From: Longimicrobiales bacterium
GTDB taxonomy: Bacteria; Gemmatimonadota; Gemmatimonadetes; Longimicrobiales; Gaopeijiaceae
Assembly: GCA_965248195.1 (NCBI GenBank)
Contig: CBDFIQ010000002.1
Location: 2,752,001-2,816,000, forward strand
DNA length: 64,000 bases
Direction: 5' to 3'
The notes under the pieces were generated by a model. That model was not told the origin of the DNA. It saw only the letters and a program-made list of their open reading frames with translations, and made no database searches. The position numbers were made by a program, and so were the translations under genes. The first letter of the stretch is position 1; each line of letters begins with the position of its first letter. This document shows positions 53,164 through 63,259 of the stretch, piece by piece.

Positions 53164-54756
53164 ATGACTCGTGCAGCTGCCGTTCTGCTGATCGCAGGCC
53201 TACTCGTGTTGGGTGCGAGACCCGCCCAGGCTCAGTTCGAGAACGTGGGTTCCTTCGAGTTCCCGACGTCCGCAACGGGTGAAGCGCAGCAACACTTCCT
53301 CCGAGGGGCGGCCTTTCTGCACAGCTTCGGTTGGATTCAGGCGATCGAGGAGTTCAATGCGGCTCAGGAGATCGACCCGGACTTCGCGATGGCGTACTGG
53401 GGCGAATCGCTCACATACAACCACCCCCTGAACTCGGCCATGAATCCGACGGAACCGCGTAGAGTGCTCGAGCGGTTGGCTCCGACCCGAGTCGAGCGAC
53501 TGGCCAAGGCGCCCACCGAGCGTGAGAAGGGCTTTATGAACGCCGTCGAGATCCTCTGGGGAGAGGGTGACCGAGCAGACCGCACGGTAGCCTACATGGA
53601 CGCGATGAGCCGGCTGTACGAGCAGTACCCCAACGACACCGAGGTGGCGGCGTTCTACGCGCTCTCGATACTGAGTGCCTCCACCGCGACCCGCGATCTG
53701 ACTCAGCGGCTCAACGTACGGGCCGGCACCATCTCCTTGAATCTATTCGAGCACAACCCGAACCATCCGGGTGCCGCTCATTATACGATCCACGCCTTCG
53801 ACAATCCCATGCTCGCTCCACTTTCGCTTGAGGCCGCATACCGCTTTTCCGAGATCGCTCCCGCCGTTGCCCACGCCATTCACATGCCGACGCACATCTT
53901 CATTCAACACGGCATGTGGGACCGGGTCTCGGGCAACAATCAGACCGCCTATACCGCTGCGAGGGAGTTGTGGAGGCCGGACGAACCCATGGGAGCCGCA
54001 GTCCACCCGCTGGATTGGGGCCAGTATGGAGACCTCCAGCTCGGGGACTACAGAAAGGCGAGATTGTGGATCGATCGGATCGAGAGCATGGCCTTCGAGG
54101 GTGTCTTCCTCGAGGGTGGCCCGCGAGGCGCACCGGGCCAGGCCCGGGCTACCCGCACGGTCTCGCTAATGAAGGCTCGTTACGTCGTCGAGACGGAGGA
54201 ATGGGAGGTTCGGCCGATCACGGACGAGTCGGCGGCGGACGAGCTTCTGGCGACGGGTCTGAGCGCCGCGCGGACGGGCGACCAGGCGACCGTTGCCCAG
54301 GCGGAGGCCGCGCTCAAGGAGATGGCTGAGCGGGGTCCGAATGGAGACCGGAACGCCAACATCATGGCGAAGGAGGTCGGCGCGCTACTCCATGCCGGTA
54401 TGGGACATGGAAGCGTGGCAACCCGCCTCATGGACGAGGCGCAGGCGATCGTCGAGTCGGGAGCAGACCCGCGAGGAGCGGCCTCCCCAGTGAAGCCCGT
54501 CCACGAGCTTTACGGTGAGATCCTGCTCGACCTGGACCGGCCCGCCGATGCGATTGAGAAGTTCGAGACGTCGCTCCTTCGCTTGCCAAATCGTCCGCGA
54601 TCGCTCCTCGGCCTCGCTCGCGCGTACGCCAGGAGCGGTGACATTGGCATGGCTGCCGAGGCCTACGAGCAGCTGACCGAGGTGTGGGCCGGCCGCGAGT
54701 CGTTCGATGGGTTCCAGGAGGCACGTCGTTTCCTGGGGAATACCGGGCAACCGTAA
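53164..54756 (+). CDS. Exported TPR-like protein with conserved His clusters
   Basis: DPDFAMAYWG, HPGAAHYTIH, HAIHMPTHIF, C-terminal TPR. Confidence 0.85.
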   Translation: MTRAAAVLLIAGLLVLGARPAQAQFENVGSFEFPTSATGEAQQHFLRGAAFLHSFGWIQAIEEFNAAQEIDPDFAMAYWGESLTYNHPLNSAMNPTEPRRVLERLAPTRVERLAKAPTEREKGFMNAVEILWGEGDRADRTVAYMDAMSRLYEQYPNDTEVAAFYALSILSASTATRDLTQRLNVRAGTISLNLFEHNPNHPGAAHYTIHAFDNPMLAPLSLEAAYRFSEIAPAVAHAIHMPTHIFIQHGMWDRVSGNNQTAYTAARELWRPDEPMGAAVHPLDWGQYGDLQLGDYRKARLWIDRIESMAFEGVFLEGGPRGAPGQARATRTVSLMKARYVVETEEWEVRPITDESAADELLATGLSAARTGDQATVAQAEAALKEMAERGPNGDRNANIMAKEVGALLHAGMGHGSVATRLMDEAQAIVESGADPRGAASPVKPVHELYGEILLDLDRPADAIEKFETSLLRLPNRPRSLLGLARAYARSGDIGMAAEAYEQLTEVWAGRESFDGFQEARRFLGNTGQP

Positions 54757-54775
54757 GCGACTGGAGCACACGATC

Positions 54776-56407
54776 ATGCGAATCCATTTGTTCCCCGTGT
54801 ACGCGGTGTCCGCGCTCGCGTTGTTTGGCCTCCTTGCCCCCTCGACGTCGTGGGCCCAACAGAGCACGGTAGAGGGCTCGGGGACGTCCGACGAACCGGA
54901 AGTCCCCCTCTTGGCGGCGGTGACCGGGCCACTGACCCGAGACATCACAACGGCCTACCCCGACGCTCAGGCGTACTTCAATCAGGGCCTCCAGATGATG
55001 TATGCGTTCACGATTCCCAATGCGCTGGAGTCGTTTGAAGAGGCCCAACGGCAGGACCCCGATTGTGCGATGTGTTTCTTCGGAGAAGCGTGGGCACGGG
55101 GACCGTTCCTCAACGGACGGATGCGGCCGTCGAACGCGCCTGATGCATACGAAGCGATCCAAACGGCGATTGTTCTCGCTGAAGAGTCTGGAACTCCCTC
55201 GGAACGGGCTTTGATCAACGCGATGGCCATCCGCTACACGGAAGAGGAAGACGCCGATCGCCGCCCGCAGCTCGACTCGATGTACTCGCGAGCGATGGCC
55301 GAAATCTACGAGGACTTCCCTGATGATTTGGACGTGGGCACACTCTATGCCGAGTCGTTGATTCTCCTCGATCCCGTGCGCGCCAACTACCGGCTCGGCG
55401 ACCCTTCGGTCCAGAAATTCCACCGGGTCCTGGAAGCGGTTCTGGCGAAGGACATCAACCATCCCGGCGCGTGCCACATCTACATCCACGCCACCGAAGC
55501 CACGGAGGAGCCGGGGAAAGCAGAGTCCTGTGCGGATCTTCTCGGGGCCTCGATTCCCGGGTCGAGTCACATCAACCACATGCCGTCGCACACGTACAAC
55601 CGGATCGGGCGCTGGAACTCAGCCGTGCGGTCCAACCTCGACGCGTGGCATTCGGACCAGCGCGTGGCCTTCCGGGAGGGTGTCTCCTACGGAGCGACTC
55701 ACAATCTCCACATGCTTCTGTTCGCGGGATCCATGGCAGGCCAAGGGGCTGTTTCGCTTTTGGCCGCGCAAGCGTACGCCGACCAAGTGGAAGGCGGCGT
55801 GTTCTACGAGGCGCTCGTCCTGCTTCGGTACGGTTGGTTCGACCAGATTCTAGAGCTCGGGGAGGCCCCCACCCTCCAGCAGCCCATCCAGCGCGGCCTC
55901 TTCCAGTTCGCGCAAGGGTACGCCCACCTCCGAGGTGGGGAAGCCGATTTGGCCGGTGTATACCTTGGGCGGGTCAAAGACGCCGCCGCGAGTCTTCCCG
56001 AGAGCACCCAAATCCGGGGGGCGACTGCGGCTCGGCTTCTCGGAGCTGCCGGCGGGATACTCGAAGGTGAGATTCTCCGGGAGGAAGGCCTGCTGAACGA
56101 GGCGATCGATGTGTTCGAAGAGGCCATCGAGATCTACGCCCCGATTCCATACGCCGAGCCCGAGGCCCTGAATATCTCGCCGCGCCACTGGTTGGGCGCG
56201 GCCCTTCTCGAAGCCGGACGCGCAGAGGAGGCGGAGGCGGTGTACCGGGAGGCGTTGGTCCAGCATCCGCACAACGGATGGTCGATCTACGGGCTGGAGC
56301 AGGCGCTCCGGGCGCAGGGGCGAGCGGCCGAGGCCGACGAGGCCCGGGCTTGGTTCCGGGAGGCCTGGTCCGACACCGATACGCTCATCCGTTCGTCACG
56401 GTTCTAG
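54776..56407 (+). CDS. Exported TPR-like protein, paralog of the upstream gene
   Basis: AQAYFNQGL, HPGACHIYIH, HINHMPSHTY, PHNGWSIYGL. Confidence 0.85.
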   Translation: MRIHLFPVYAVSALALFGLLAPSTSWAQQSTVEGSGTSDEPEVPLLAAVTGPLTRDITTAYPDAQAYFNQGLQMMYAFTIPNALESFEEAQRQDPDCAMCFFGEAWARGPFLNGRMRPSNAPDAYEAIQTAIVLAEESGTPSERALINAMAIRYTEEEDADRRPQLDSMYSRAMAEIYEDFPDDLDVGTLYAESLILLDPVRANYRLGDPSVQKFHRVLEAVLAKDINHPGACHIYIHATEATEEPGKAESCADLLGASIPGSSHINHMPSHTYNRIGRWNSAVRSNLDAWHSDQRVAFREGVSYGATHNLHMLLFAGSMAGQGAVSLLAAQAYADQVEGGVFYEALVLLRYGWFDQILELGEAPTLQQPIQRGLFQFAQGYAHLRGGEADLAGVYLGRVKDAAASLPESTQIRGATAARLLGAAGGILEGEILREEGLLNEAIDVFEEAIEIYAPIPYAEPEALNISPRHWLGAALLEAGRAEEAEAVYREALVQHPHNGWSIYGLEQALRAQGRAAEADEARAWFREAWSDTDTLIRSSRF

Positions 56408-56696
56408 CCGACTCTCGGATCGGCAGTTTGTGGCTGCGTTGACAGGCTTACAAGGGCATTGCGAGAATGGCCAAGGAGGGACCGGTAAGGGTGAGGTCGG
56501 CTCCGATGGCGGCCGGAGTCCATTACCGCCAGCATTCACGCCTCTCCGGAAACGGCGGCGCTGTTGCGCCGGCTGTGATGACGGAGCGTGGGCTGTCGGT
56601 TCCCGAACCAGACCTTGGGGTCGCGAGATAGGACCTCCATAGGCCCGCCGCGTCAATGAGCCCCGGCGGGCGGCTTCAAATCAAGGAGAGCCAACG

Positions 56697-57590
56697 ATGG
56701 CGAACTCAAAGCTGGTCCTCGTCACTGGCGTCACCGGACAACAGGGCGGCGCGGTAGCACGTGCACTGATCGCGAAGGGCCATCGAGTTCGTGGAATGAC
56801 CCGGAACGTAGAGTCCGATGCAGCCCGGGCCGTGGCCGCGTTGGGTGTGGATCTGGTCGTGGGCGACTTCCGGGATTCGGATTCTCTCGCGGCTGCAGTA
56901 GCCGGCGTCGATACGGTGTTCGCCATGGGCACTCCGTTCGAAGCTGGGGAGGCCACTGAGGTCGCCCAGGGAGTCGCGATTGTGGATGCGGCCGTCGGCG
57001 CGGACATCGATCACTTCGTGTACACGTCCGTCGCCTCGGCCGACAAGAGCACGGGGATCCCGCACTTCGACAGCAAGTGGGAGGTCGAGAAACACCTGGC
57101 CTCGACGGAGTTGGACTGGAGCGTCATTGCCCCCGTGTACTTCATGGAGAACCTCTTCTTTGGAGAGAACCTGGGTGCCCTCCTGAATGGCTCCTATCCG
57201 GTGCCTCTTCCCGTCGATCTTCCCCTCCAGCAAGTGGCCGTAGCCGACATTGGCGCCTTCGGCGCGTTGGTGGTCGACAGGAAGGACGACTTCGTCGGTC
57301 GCCGGGTGGATATCGCGAGCGACGAGTTGACGTCCGCGGGGTCTGCGGCGGCTCTCGGCCAGCTCCTGGACCGGCCGGTCGAGCACTTCGAGGTGCCTAT
57401 GGAGCAGATCCGGGCTTTCAGCGAGGATTTCGCGGTGATGTACGAGTGGTTCATCGAGACGGGATATTCGGTCGATATCGATGGCCTCCGGACTGCCTAT
57501 CCAGAGGTGGGGTGGCACCGGTTCGCTGACTGGGCCGCCGTAGTCGTGCCGCCGGCCTTGGCGGAGGTGGAACGGTCGGCAGGTGCGTAG
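56697..57590 (+). CDS. NmrA/HSCARG family NAD(P)-binding protein
   Basis: VTGVTGQQGG, IPHFDSK, FMEN. Confidence 0.92.
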   Translation: MANSKLVLVTGVTGQQGGAVARALIAKGHRVRGMTRNVESDAARAVAALGVDLVVGDFRDSDSLAAAVAGVDTVFAMGTPFEAGEATEVAQGVAIVDAAVGADIDHFVYTSVASADKSTGIPHFDSKWEVEKHLASTELDWSVIAPVYFMENLFFGENLGALLNGSYPVPLPVDLPLQQVAVADIGAFGALVVDRKDDFVGRRVDIASDELTSAGSAAALGQLLDRPVEHFEVPMEQIRAFSEDFAVMYEWFIETGYSVDIDGLRTAYPEVGWHRFADWAAVVVPPALAEVERSAGA

Positions 57591-57594
57591 AGCC

Positions 57595-58560
57595 ATGAGG
57601 AAGCCCTTCACTGCAGGCATTTTGGCGGTCGCGCTAATGGTTTCGAGCGGGACAGCCCTCGATGCCCAGGTGCGGGTCCCCGGCTGGAATCGGGTGGCCC
57701 CGCCCGGGGGTCATCAGAATGATCCGCAGCTTGTCCGGCCCGCCGGCGGACCCGTAATCCCCATTTTCGAGGGCTGGTTTCCCAACCCGGACGGCTCGTA
57801 CCAGCTCTGTTTCGGTTATTTCAACACGAACACGGAGCAGGTGATCGATCTCCCGGTCGGTCCGGACAACTCTATCGAGCCGCGCGAGTTCGACGGGTTG
57901 CAGCCGACACATTTCCTGCCACAACCCGATGGGGGTCGAAGGCATTACTGTGTTCTGAGTGTGAACGTCCCGCCAGACTGGGGTGATCGCGACCTGATCT
58001 GGACGCTACGCGACGAAAGGAGCGGTCAGGCTTTCAGCTCCCCGGGTCGCATAGTACACAGTACCTACCGCCACGACGAACCCTTGCAACTAGAGCGGCG
58101 GAACAGCCCACCGAAGATCAAGTTGGATCCGGATGGTGGGGAAGCGATGGGTCGCGTAGGGTTGACTACGGGCACGATCGCCGGGCCGCTCGAAGCCACG
58201 GTGGGAGATCCTCTGCCGCTGACTGCATGGGTACGCCGAGACAACCCTTTCCGCGAGAGTGACGGGAGGTCGATTAGGGTCAGATGGTTCAAATATCAGG
58301 GACCGGGCGACGTGATCTTCACGCCGGATTGGCCCTCGTGGAAGGAACGGACCGTGGGGTGGGTAGACTCCGCCACGTGGCTGGAGTCCGCCGACGCCTA
58401 CGGCCAGTTGGACACCGAAGCAACTTTCAGCGAACCGGGTGAGTACCTCTTGCAAGTCCAGGCCTACAATGCCTCGGGTCGGGCCACGTACGAAACCTCC
58501 GATTTCGAGTTCTTTTGTTGCTGGACCAACGCGTTCGTGAGGATCAACGTAAGTCGATAG
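57595..58560 (+). CDS. Exported hypothetical protein
   Basis: Signal peptide; FEGWFPNPDGS..FGYFN, QPTHF, ATFSEPGEY, CCWTN. Confidence 0.8.
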   Translation: MRKPFTAGILAVALMVSSGTALDAQVRVPGWNRVAPPGGHQNDPQLVRPAGGPVIPIFEGWFPNPDGSYQLCFGYFNTNTEQVIDLPVGPDNSIEPREFDGLQPTHFLPQPDGGRRHYCVLSVNVPPDWGDRDLIWTLRDERSGQAFSSPGRIVHSTYRHDEPLQLERRNSPPKIKLDPDGGEAMGRVGLTTGTIAGPLEATVGDPLPLTAWVRRDNPFRESDGRSIRVRWFKYQGPGDVIFTPDWPSWKERTVGWVDSATWLESADAYGQLDTEATFSEPGEYLLQVQAYNASGRATYETSDFEFFCCWTNAFVRINVSR

Positions 58561-58598
58561 GGTAAGTCGATAGAGGTCGATAGAGGAGGAGCAGGCAG

Positions 58599-60140
58599 AT
58601 GGGTGTCCTGACGAAGGATCAAGAGCTCCGTGTACGGACGAGATGCGTACGGACGACGGGGGTCTGGCGCGGTGCCGCCATGGTCGGCGGCATGTTTGCC
58701 GTGCTCGCTCTGTACCAACCCGCTTCTTCGTCCCAGAACGGGGTAACCAGTGTGGTGCAGTCGGTTGCTCAAGATGCCGCTGATCCCCCCACCTTCTCCA
58801 AGGAGGTGGTCCGGATTCTCCAGCAGAGCTGCCAGCGGTGCCATCAGCCCGGGGGGGTCGGACCGATGCCACTCGAGACGTACGAGCAGGCGCGGCCATT
58901 TGCTCCGTTGATCAGGGAATATGTGCGACGGCGGATGATGCCACCCTGGCACCTCGACCCCACCATCGGAATCCAGGAATACAAGAACGACTATTCCTTG
59001 AGCGAAGATGAGATCGAGACCCTCGTCGGCTGGGTTGACGCCGGCGCCCCCGAGGGTGATCCGTCACAACTACCGCCCCCTGTAGTATGGCCGAAATGGG
59101 AGGAATGGGAGCTCGAGGCCCAGCTCGGTCCGCCCGATATGGTGTTTGGGACGGGCCCGATCCCGATCCGTGCGGAGGGCCAGGATTTTTGGCCCTCGAT
59201 AAGCCTCGAGTGGCCGGCTCTGGAGGACCCGCGTTACCTGAAGGCGGCCGAGATCAAGAACACGGTCAAGGGCCGGGCCGCCCTGCATCACAACAACGTC
59301 TCTCTGAATCTCGAGAACGGACCCTCAGGGCGGGTGGTCGGAGCGGGCGCCGGAAAGAGGTGGGATTACTTCGGCGAGGACACGGGAATAAAATTTGGAA
59401 CGGGGCCGGGAAGGATCAACTTCGGCGCGCACTACTTTCCGATCGGAGAGGAATTCGAGGACAACATCGAGGTTGCTTTCTGGTTCCACCCGGAAGACGA
59501 TCCGCCTGAGACCGTGGCCAACGTCGAAATCCACCACCTGGTGGATCAGTTCGATCCGAGTCAGCCCAGAGGCCGCGATATCCTCATCCCGCCCCACGGG
59601 ACCCAGACGATGTATCGGACGTGGGTGTTGGACCAGCCGATCATGATCAACAGCTTCCGGGGGCATATGCACCTGCATGGGGTCGCTATGTCCATCGAAG
59701 TGGTCTGGCCCGGCAGAGTGCCGGACTACTACGGGCCGGGTGCGAACCGAAGAGATATCATCGCTTCGATCCACAACTACAGCCATAACTGGCAGACGTC
59801 TTTCGTATTCGAGGACCACGCACGGCCGCTCCTACCCAAGGGCACGGCGTTGGTCATGCGCACTCACTTCGACAACACCGAGAACAACCCGCTCTCGATC
59901 GATCCTGATCAGTGGGTCGTCTTCGGGGGCCGAAGCGTCGACGCGATGTCACATTTCCATATCAGCGTTACCTACCTGGACGACCAGAAGTACGAAACGC
60001 TGCTGGCCGAGAGGCAAGTGCAGCTGGCCGAAAGGAATGAACAGGAGGGGAGTTTTGGGACGGCCCTGCTGAGTGTCGCGCCGGAGCAACGGGAAGAGTT
60101 GGAGGGCGCTGTCCGAGGACGAAGGGCAGGAGGCGGGTGA
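58599..60140 (+). CDS. c-type cytochrome fused to a copper type II monooxygenase-like domain
   Basis: CQRCH, MPPW, LHH, HY, HMHLHG, DAM. Confidence 0.78.
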   Translation: MGVLTKDQELRVRTRCVRTTGVWRGAAMVGGMFAVLALYQPASSSQNGVTSVVQSVAQDAADPPTFSKEVVRILQQSCQRCHQPGGVGPMPLETYEQARPFAPLIREYVRRRMMPPWHLDPTIGIQEYKNDYSLSEDEIETLVGWVDAGAPEGDPSQLPPPVVWPKWEEWELEAQLGPPDMVFGTGPIPIRAEGQDFWPSISLEWPALEDPRYLKAAEIKNTVKGRAALHHNNVSLNLENGPSGRVVGAGAGKRWDYFGEDTGIKFGTGPGRINFGAHYFPIGEEFEDNIEVAFWFHPEDDPPETVANVEIHHLVDQFDPSQPRGRDILIPPHGTQTMYRTWVLDQPIMINSFRGHMHLHGVAMSIEVVWPGRVPDYYGPGANRRDIIASIHNYSHNWQTSFVFEDHARPLLPKGTALVMRTHFDNTENNPLSIDPDQWVVFGGRSVDAMSHFHISVTYLDDQKYETLLAERQVQLAERNEQEGSFGTALLSVAPEQREELEGAVRGRRAGGG

Positions 60141-60212
60141 CCTTGACACCCTGCCTCTGCGGTCATAGTTCAGACTTGTAGGCTTGTCTTCAGCTCAATT
60201 GAGGAGGTTCTT

Positions 60213-60750
60213 ATGCAACGTCCTTTCGTCCTATCCACTAAGTTTGTTTGTTACGTTTTGTTTCCTTGCCGCCTGCACCGGCGATGACGGCCCCACGGGA
60301 CCAGCCGGAGCGGCGGGAGGGGCGGGACCAGCGGGACCGACGGGGGACCCGGGAATCCAGAGCTTCACGGCTGTACTGAATGAGGCGAATGTGGTGGGCG
60401 GTACCGGGAGCACCGCGACCGGCACCACGAGCTTCTCGGTCGTCGGGCAAACCCTTCTATACAGCATCAGTGTCACGGGCCTCCTCGACGTGACGCAGGT
60501 CCATATTCACGGTCCCGCCGCGGCGGGTTCCAATGCAGGCGTCATTCAGGACCTCTGTAGTTCCCGCGATGCGCCGCCGTGTGCAACCACCACGCCGGCG
60601 CTTACCGGGGTCCTCGTCGCGGGCGCGGGCACGGCCTCGAGGATCCCGTTCGATTCGCTGGTGGTCCTGATGGGGAATGGGAACGCCTACGTCAACGTGC
60701 ACACGAGCACATTCCCCGGAGGCGAAATCCGAGGGCAGATCATGCCGTAG
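60213..60750 (+). CDS. CHRD-domain lipoprotein with collagen-like linker (+1 frameshift at ~60235)
   Basis: GAGGAGG-ATG start gives MQRPFVLSLSLFVTFCFLAAC after removing one C; Gxx repeats; HIHG, YVNVHT...GEIRGQI. Confidence 0.8.
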
Positions 60751-60924
60751 ACTTCCCGTGCTTCGGGAAAACCCCATCTGCACGGATTCTTGGGCATCTT
60801 GAGTCGATCATGGCAGGCCCGGTATGCCACGATTTCCCTCGAGTTGCCCCCTGCGGGGTCAGCGGGCGACCGCGAGGGATACCTCGGGGCCCGTCGAGAG
60901 TGGGAACGCAGCCGCCAATCGCGC

Positions 60925-63117
60925 TTACATCGAGAGCAGGTAGGTCACCTTGATCAGGAGTTGGCGGTCCCGGAACTTCTCCAGGAATGGGGACACCAGG
61001 AGGTCCGTATCTCGGCGTACGTCGTCGTAGACGATGTAGATGTCGCTTCCAGGGCGGTAGATATACCGGAACCTGGCACTCGTGCTCCACTGATCGGCCG
61101 AGGAATTGAACTGGGTGAGCGTCCGAAGTGAAACGGCAGGGGAGAAGGCGTAATCGACCTGGAAGGATCCGATGTCGGCGGTGAACGCCCCCGCCGGGAG
61201 GTCTACGTCGCTTCGCGAAAATCTGGCCGAAGTGGCGAGTTTGCTCGTCACACGGACGCCAGCCCGCAACGACATGTCGGTGCGATCCCCGTCGTAGAAG
61301 GTTTGCGGCCCGTAGCTCACGCCATACGAGAACACCCGGGAGGGATCGCTGTTGTAGGATAGGCGCACGTCCCAGAACTGGTACTCACCGGGATCGATGA
61401 CGACGCCGCTCGCGACCTGGAACGGCCCGTCGAGCCGCTCGAAGACGCGGTTGTAGACAATGTTGAGGGCAGCACCGCTGTCGAATTGTGTCCCCAGCAT
61501 GTTGTGGTACCGGCGGCTGACCAGTCGGCCGGTCTGGTCCGTGTGGACGACGACGTGCCACATGGGCTCCAGCATCCGGATTCCCCATTTCCCTGGCCTC
61601 GGATTCCCCTCGAGGTGGAGCTTGCTCCTACGGATGCCGACCCGGGGTACGAAGCCTACCTCCGGGTTGAAGTTGTCTTCGAGGTCCGTGTACTCGGAGT
61701 AGATCCTCCACGACCGACTGAGCCATCCCGCCCTGACGTGGCCACCGAACTGTTCGTCCGAGACGCCCGGCGATGACGTACCCGCCAGAAACCCGTCGAC
61801 CGTGAGAGAGGGGGTGATCGAGAGCCTTAAATCTGTGGCGTACGTCCGATTGAACTGCCCGCCGCTACTGGCTTGCTTGTTGATGAAAAGCCCCCCGATC
61901 TGGGACCGCTGGAAGATGTCCCGGCTGTAGCGCGCAACCAGGAAGTTCTGCCCCGGCTCACCGAAAGCGTCCTCCGTCTGAAGATCCATGATCGCGAGGT
62001 TGTTCTGACCGATCTTCCCGGTGAGTCGTGCGCCGCCGAGGATCGGCACGGGCGTTCTCGAAGCGGAGAGGCCGATCTGTCTGGTGAAGAACAGGTCTGC
62101 GATCCGTCCGGTCGAGTTCGTCGTCCCGACCGCGAACTGACCTGCGTTCTCGAGGAAGAACTCACGCTTCTCCGGAAAAAAGAGCGGGAATCGTGTCAGA
62201 TTGACCTGCTCGTTATCCACCTCGGCCTGAGCGAAGTCCGTGTTGTAGGTGAGGTCCAGATTCAGGCTCGCGGTCACCCCGTACTTCACGTCGAGTCCCA
62301 TGTCACGCTGGGTGGAGTTGTCCGTGATCCCTCCCGCCCGCTGTCTCCGTCCGCCGCCGGTGACGTACGGCTTGATGCGAAGATCCCTTCCCTGGCTCAG
62401 ATCCTCCAGATCCCTCAGGCTTCCGGCGAGGCTGACTCTGGTCAGGGTGAACGCCCGAGGGATGGGTGCCCAGAAGACCTGCTCGTTCTTTCGCCGGATA
62501 TTCCTCATGAAATTGATCCCCCAGGTCTGGGGATCACTGTCCGGAAATCTGAGAGTCACCATCGGGATTGCGATCTCCGCCACCCAGCCATCCGAGGTGG
62601 ACCTCGCGGCCACGGACCAGACTCCGTCCCAGTCCCGGTTGATGGCTGAGCCGGTTGCCCGCCGGTCACGGCCGCCCTCGTCGAAGACCTGTTGGTCGAG
62701 CTGCGCTCCCAGTGGGCTCACCACGAACATGTAGGCGGACCGTGAGTCCATGAACGTGTCGAGGATTACCTGGAAGTTGTCCTCATCGAGGATCCGGTCC
62801 GCATCGCGCCGCATCTCGCTGGCGATCGGACCGTCAGGGGACGAGTCGAAGGCGTGCACGCCAAGAAAGAGGGTGCTCCCCTCGTACAGCACCCGTACCT
62901 CGGTTCTCTCGGTCGCGGGGGCTCCCTCATCGGGCTCCTGCTGGACGAATTCGTTGATGACCGCCGCAGTTTGCCAGACGGGGTCATCCAGCACCCCGTC
63001 GATCTGCGGGCCCTGTTCCACCCGGACCGCCCCGATCTGGTACAGCTCCCCGCTCTCCTGTGCGGAAACGGCCTGCGCGCACGCGATCATACAGAAAAGA
63101 AAAAATCCGTGGCGCAT
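60925..63117 (-). CDS. CBM9-like/DUF5916 outer-membrane protein
   Basis: IDGVLDD..W, NTDFAQAEVD, NLTRFPLFFPEKREFFLE; barrel-like C-terminus. Confidence 0.85.
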   Translation of the reverse strand: MRHGFFLFCMIACAQAVSAQESGELYQIGAVRVEQGPQIDGVLDDPVWQTAAVINEFVQQEPDEGAPATERTEVRVLYEGSTLFLGVHAFDSSPDGPIASEMRRDADRILDEDNFQVILDTFMDSRSAYMFVVSPLGAQLDQQVFDEGGRDRRATGSAINRDWDGVWSVAARSTSDGWVAEIAIPMVTLRFPDSDPQTWGINFMRNIRRKNEQVFWAPIPRAFTLTRVSLAGSLRDLEDLSQGRDLRIKPYVTGGGRRQRAGGITDNSTQRDMGLDVKYGVTASLNLDLTYNTDFAQAEVDNEQVNLTRFPLFFPEKREFFLENAGQFAVGTTNSTGRIADLFFTRQIGLSASRTPVPILGGARLTGKIGQNNLAIMDLQTEDAFGEPGQNFLVARYSRDIFQRSQIGGLFINKQASSGGQFNRTYATDLRLSITPSLTVDGFLAGTSSPGVSDEQFGGHVRAGWLSRSWRIYSEYTDLEDNFNPEVGFVPRVGIRRSKLHLEGNPRPGKWGIRMLEPMWHVVVHTDQTGRLVSRRYHNMLGTQFDSGAALNIVYNRVFERLDGPFQVASGVVIDPGEYQFWDVRLSYNSDPSRVFSYGVSYGPQTFYDGDRTDMSLRAGVRVTSKLATSARFSRSDVDLPAGAFTADIGSFQVDYAFSPAVSLRTLTQFNSSADQWSTSARFRYIYRPGSDIYIVYDDVRRDTDLLVSPFLEKFRDRQLLIKVTYLLSM

Positions 63118-63259
63118 ACAGGTTCCTTATTGTGCAAAGTGATAGCGCGAAGGTAACAAACTCGCCGTCAACGGACGTCAGGTCCAGCCGCACGCCTCAA
63201 TGCAGAACTCCGCCCGCCAGGAGCTCGGCCGGCTTACGACTCGGCGAACGGCCCGAAGC

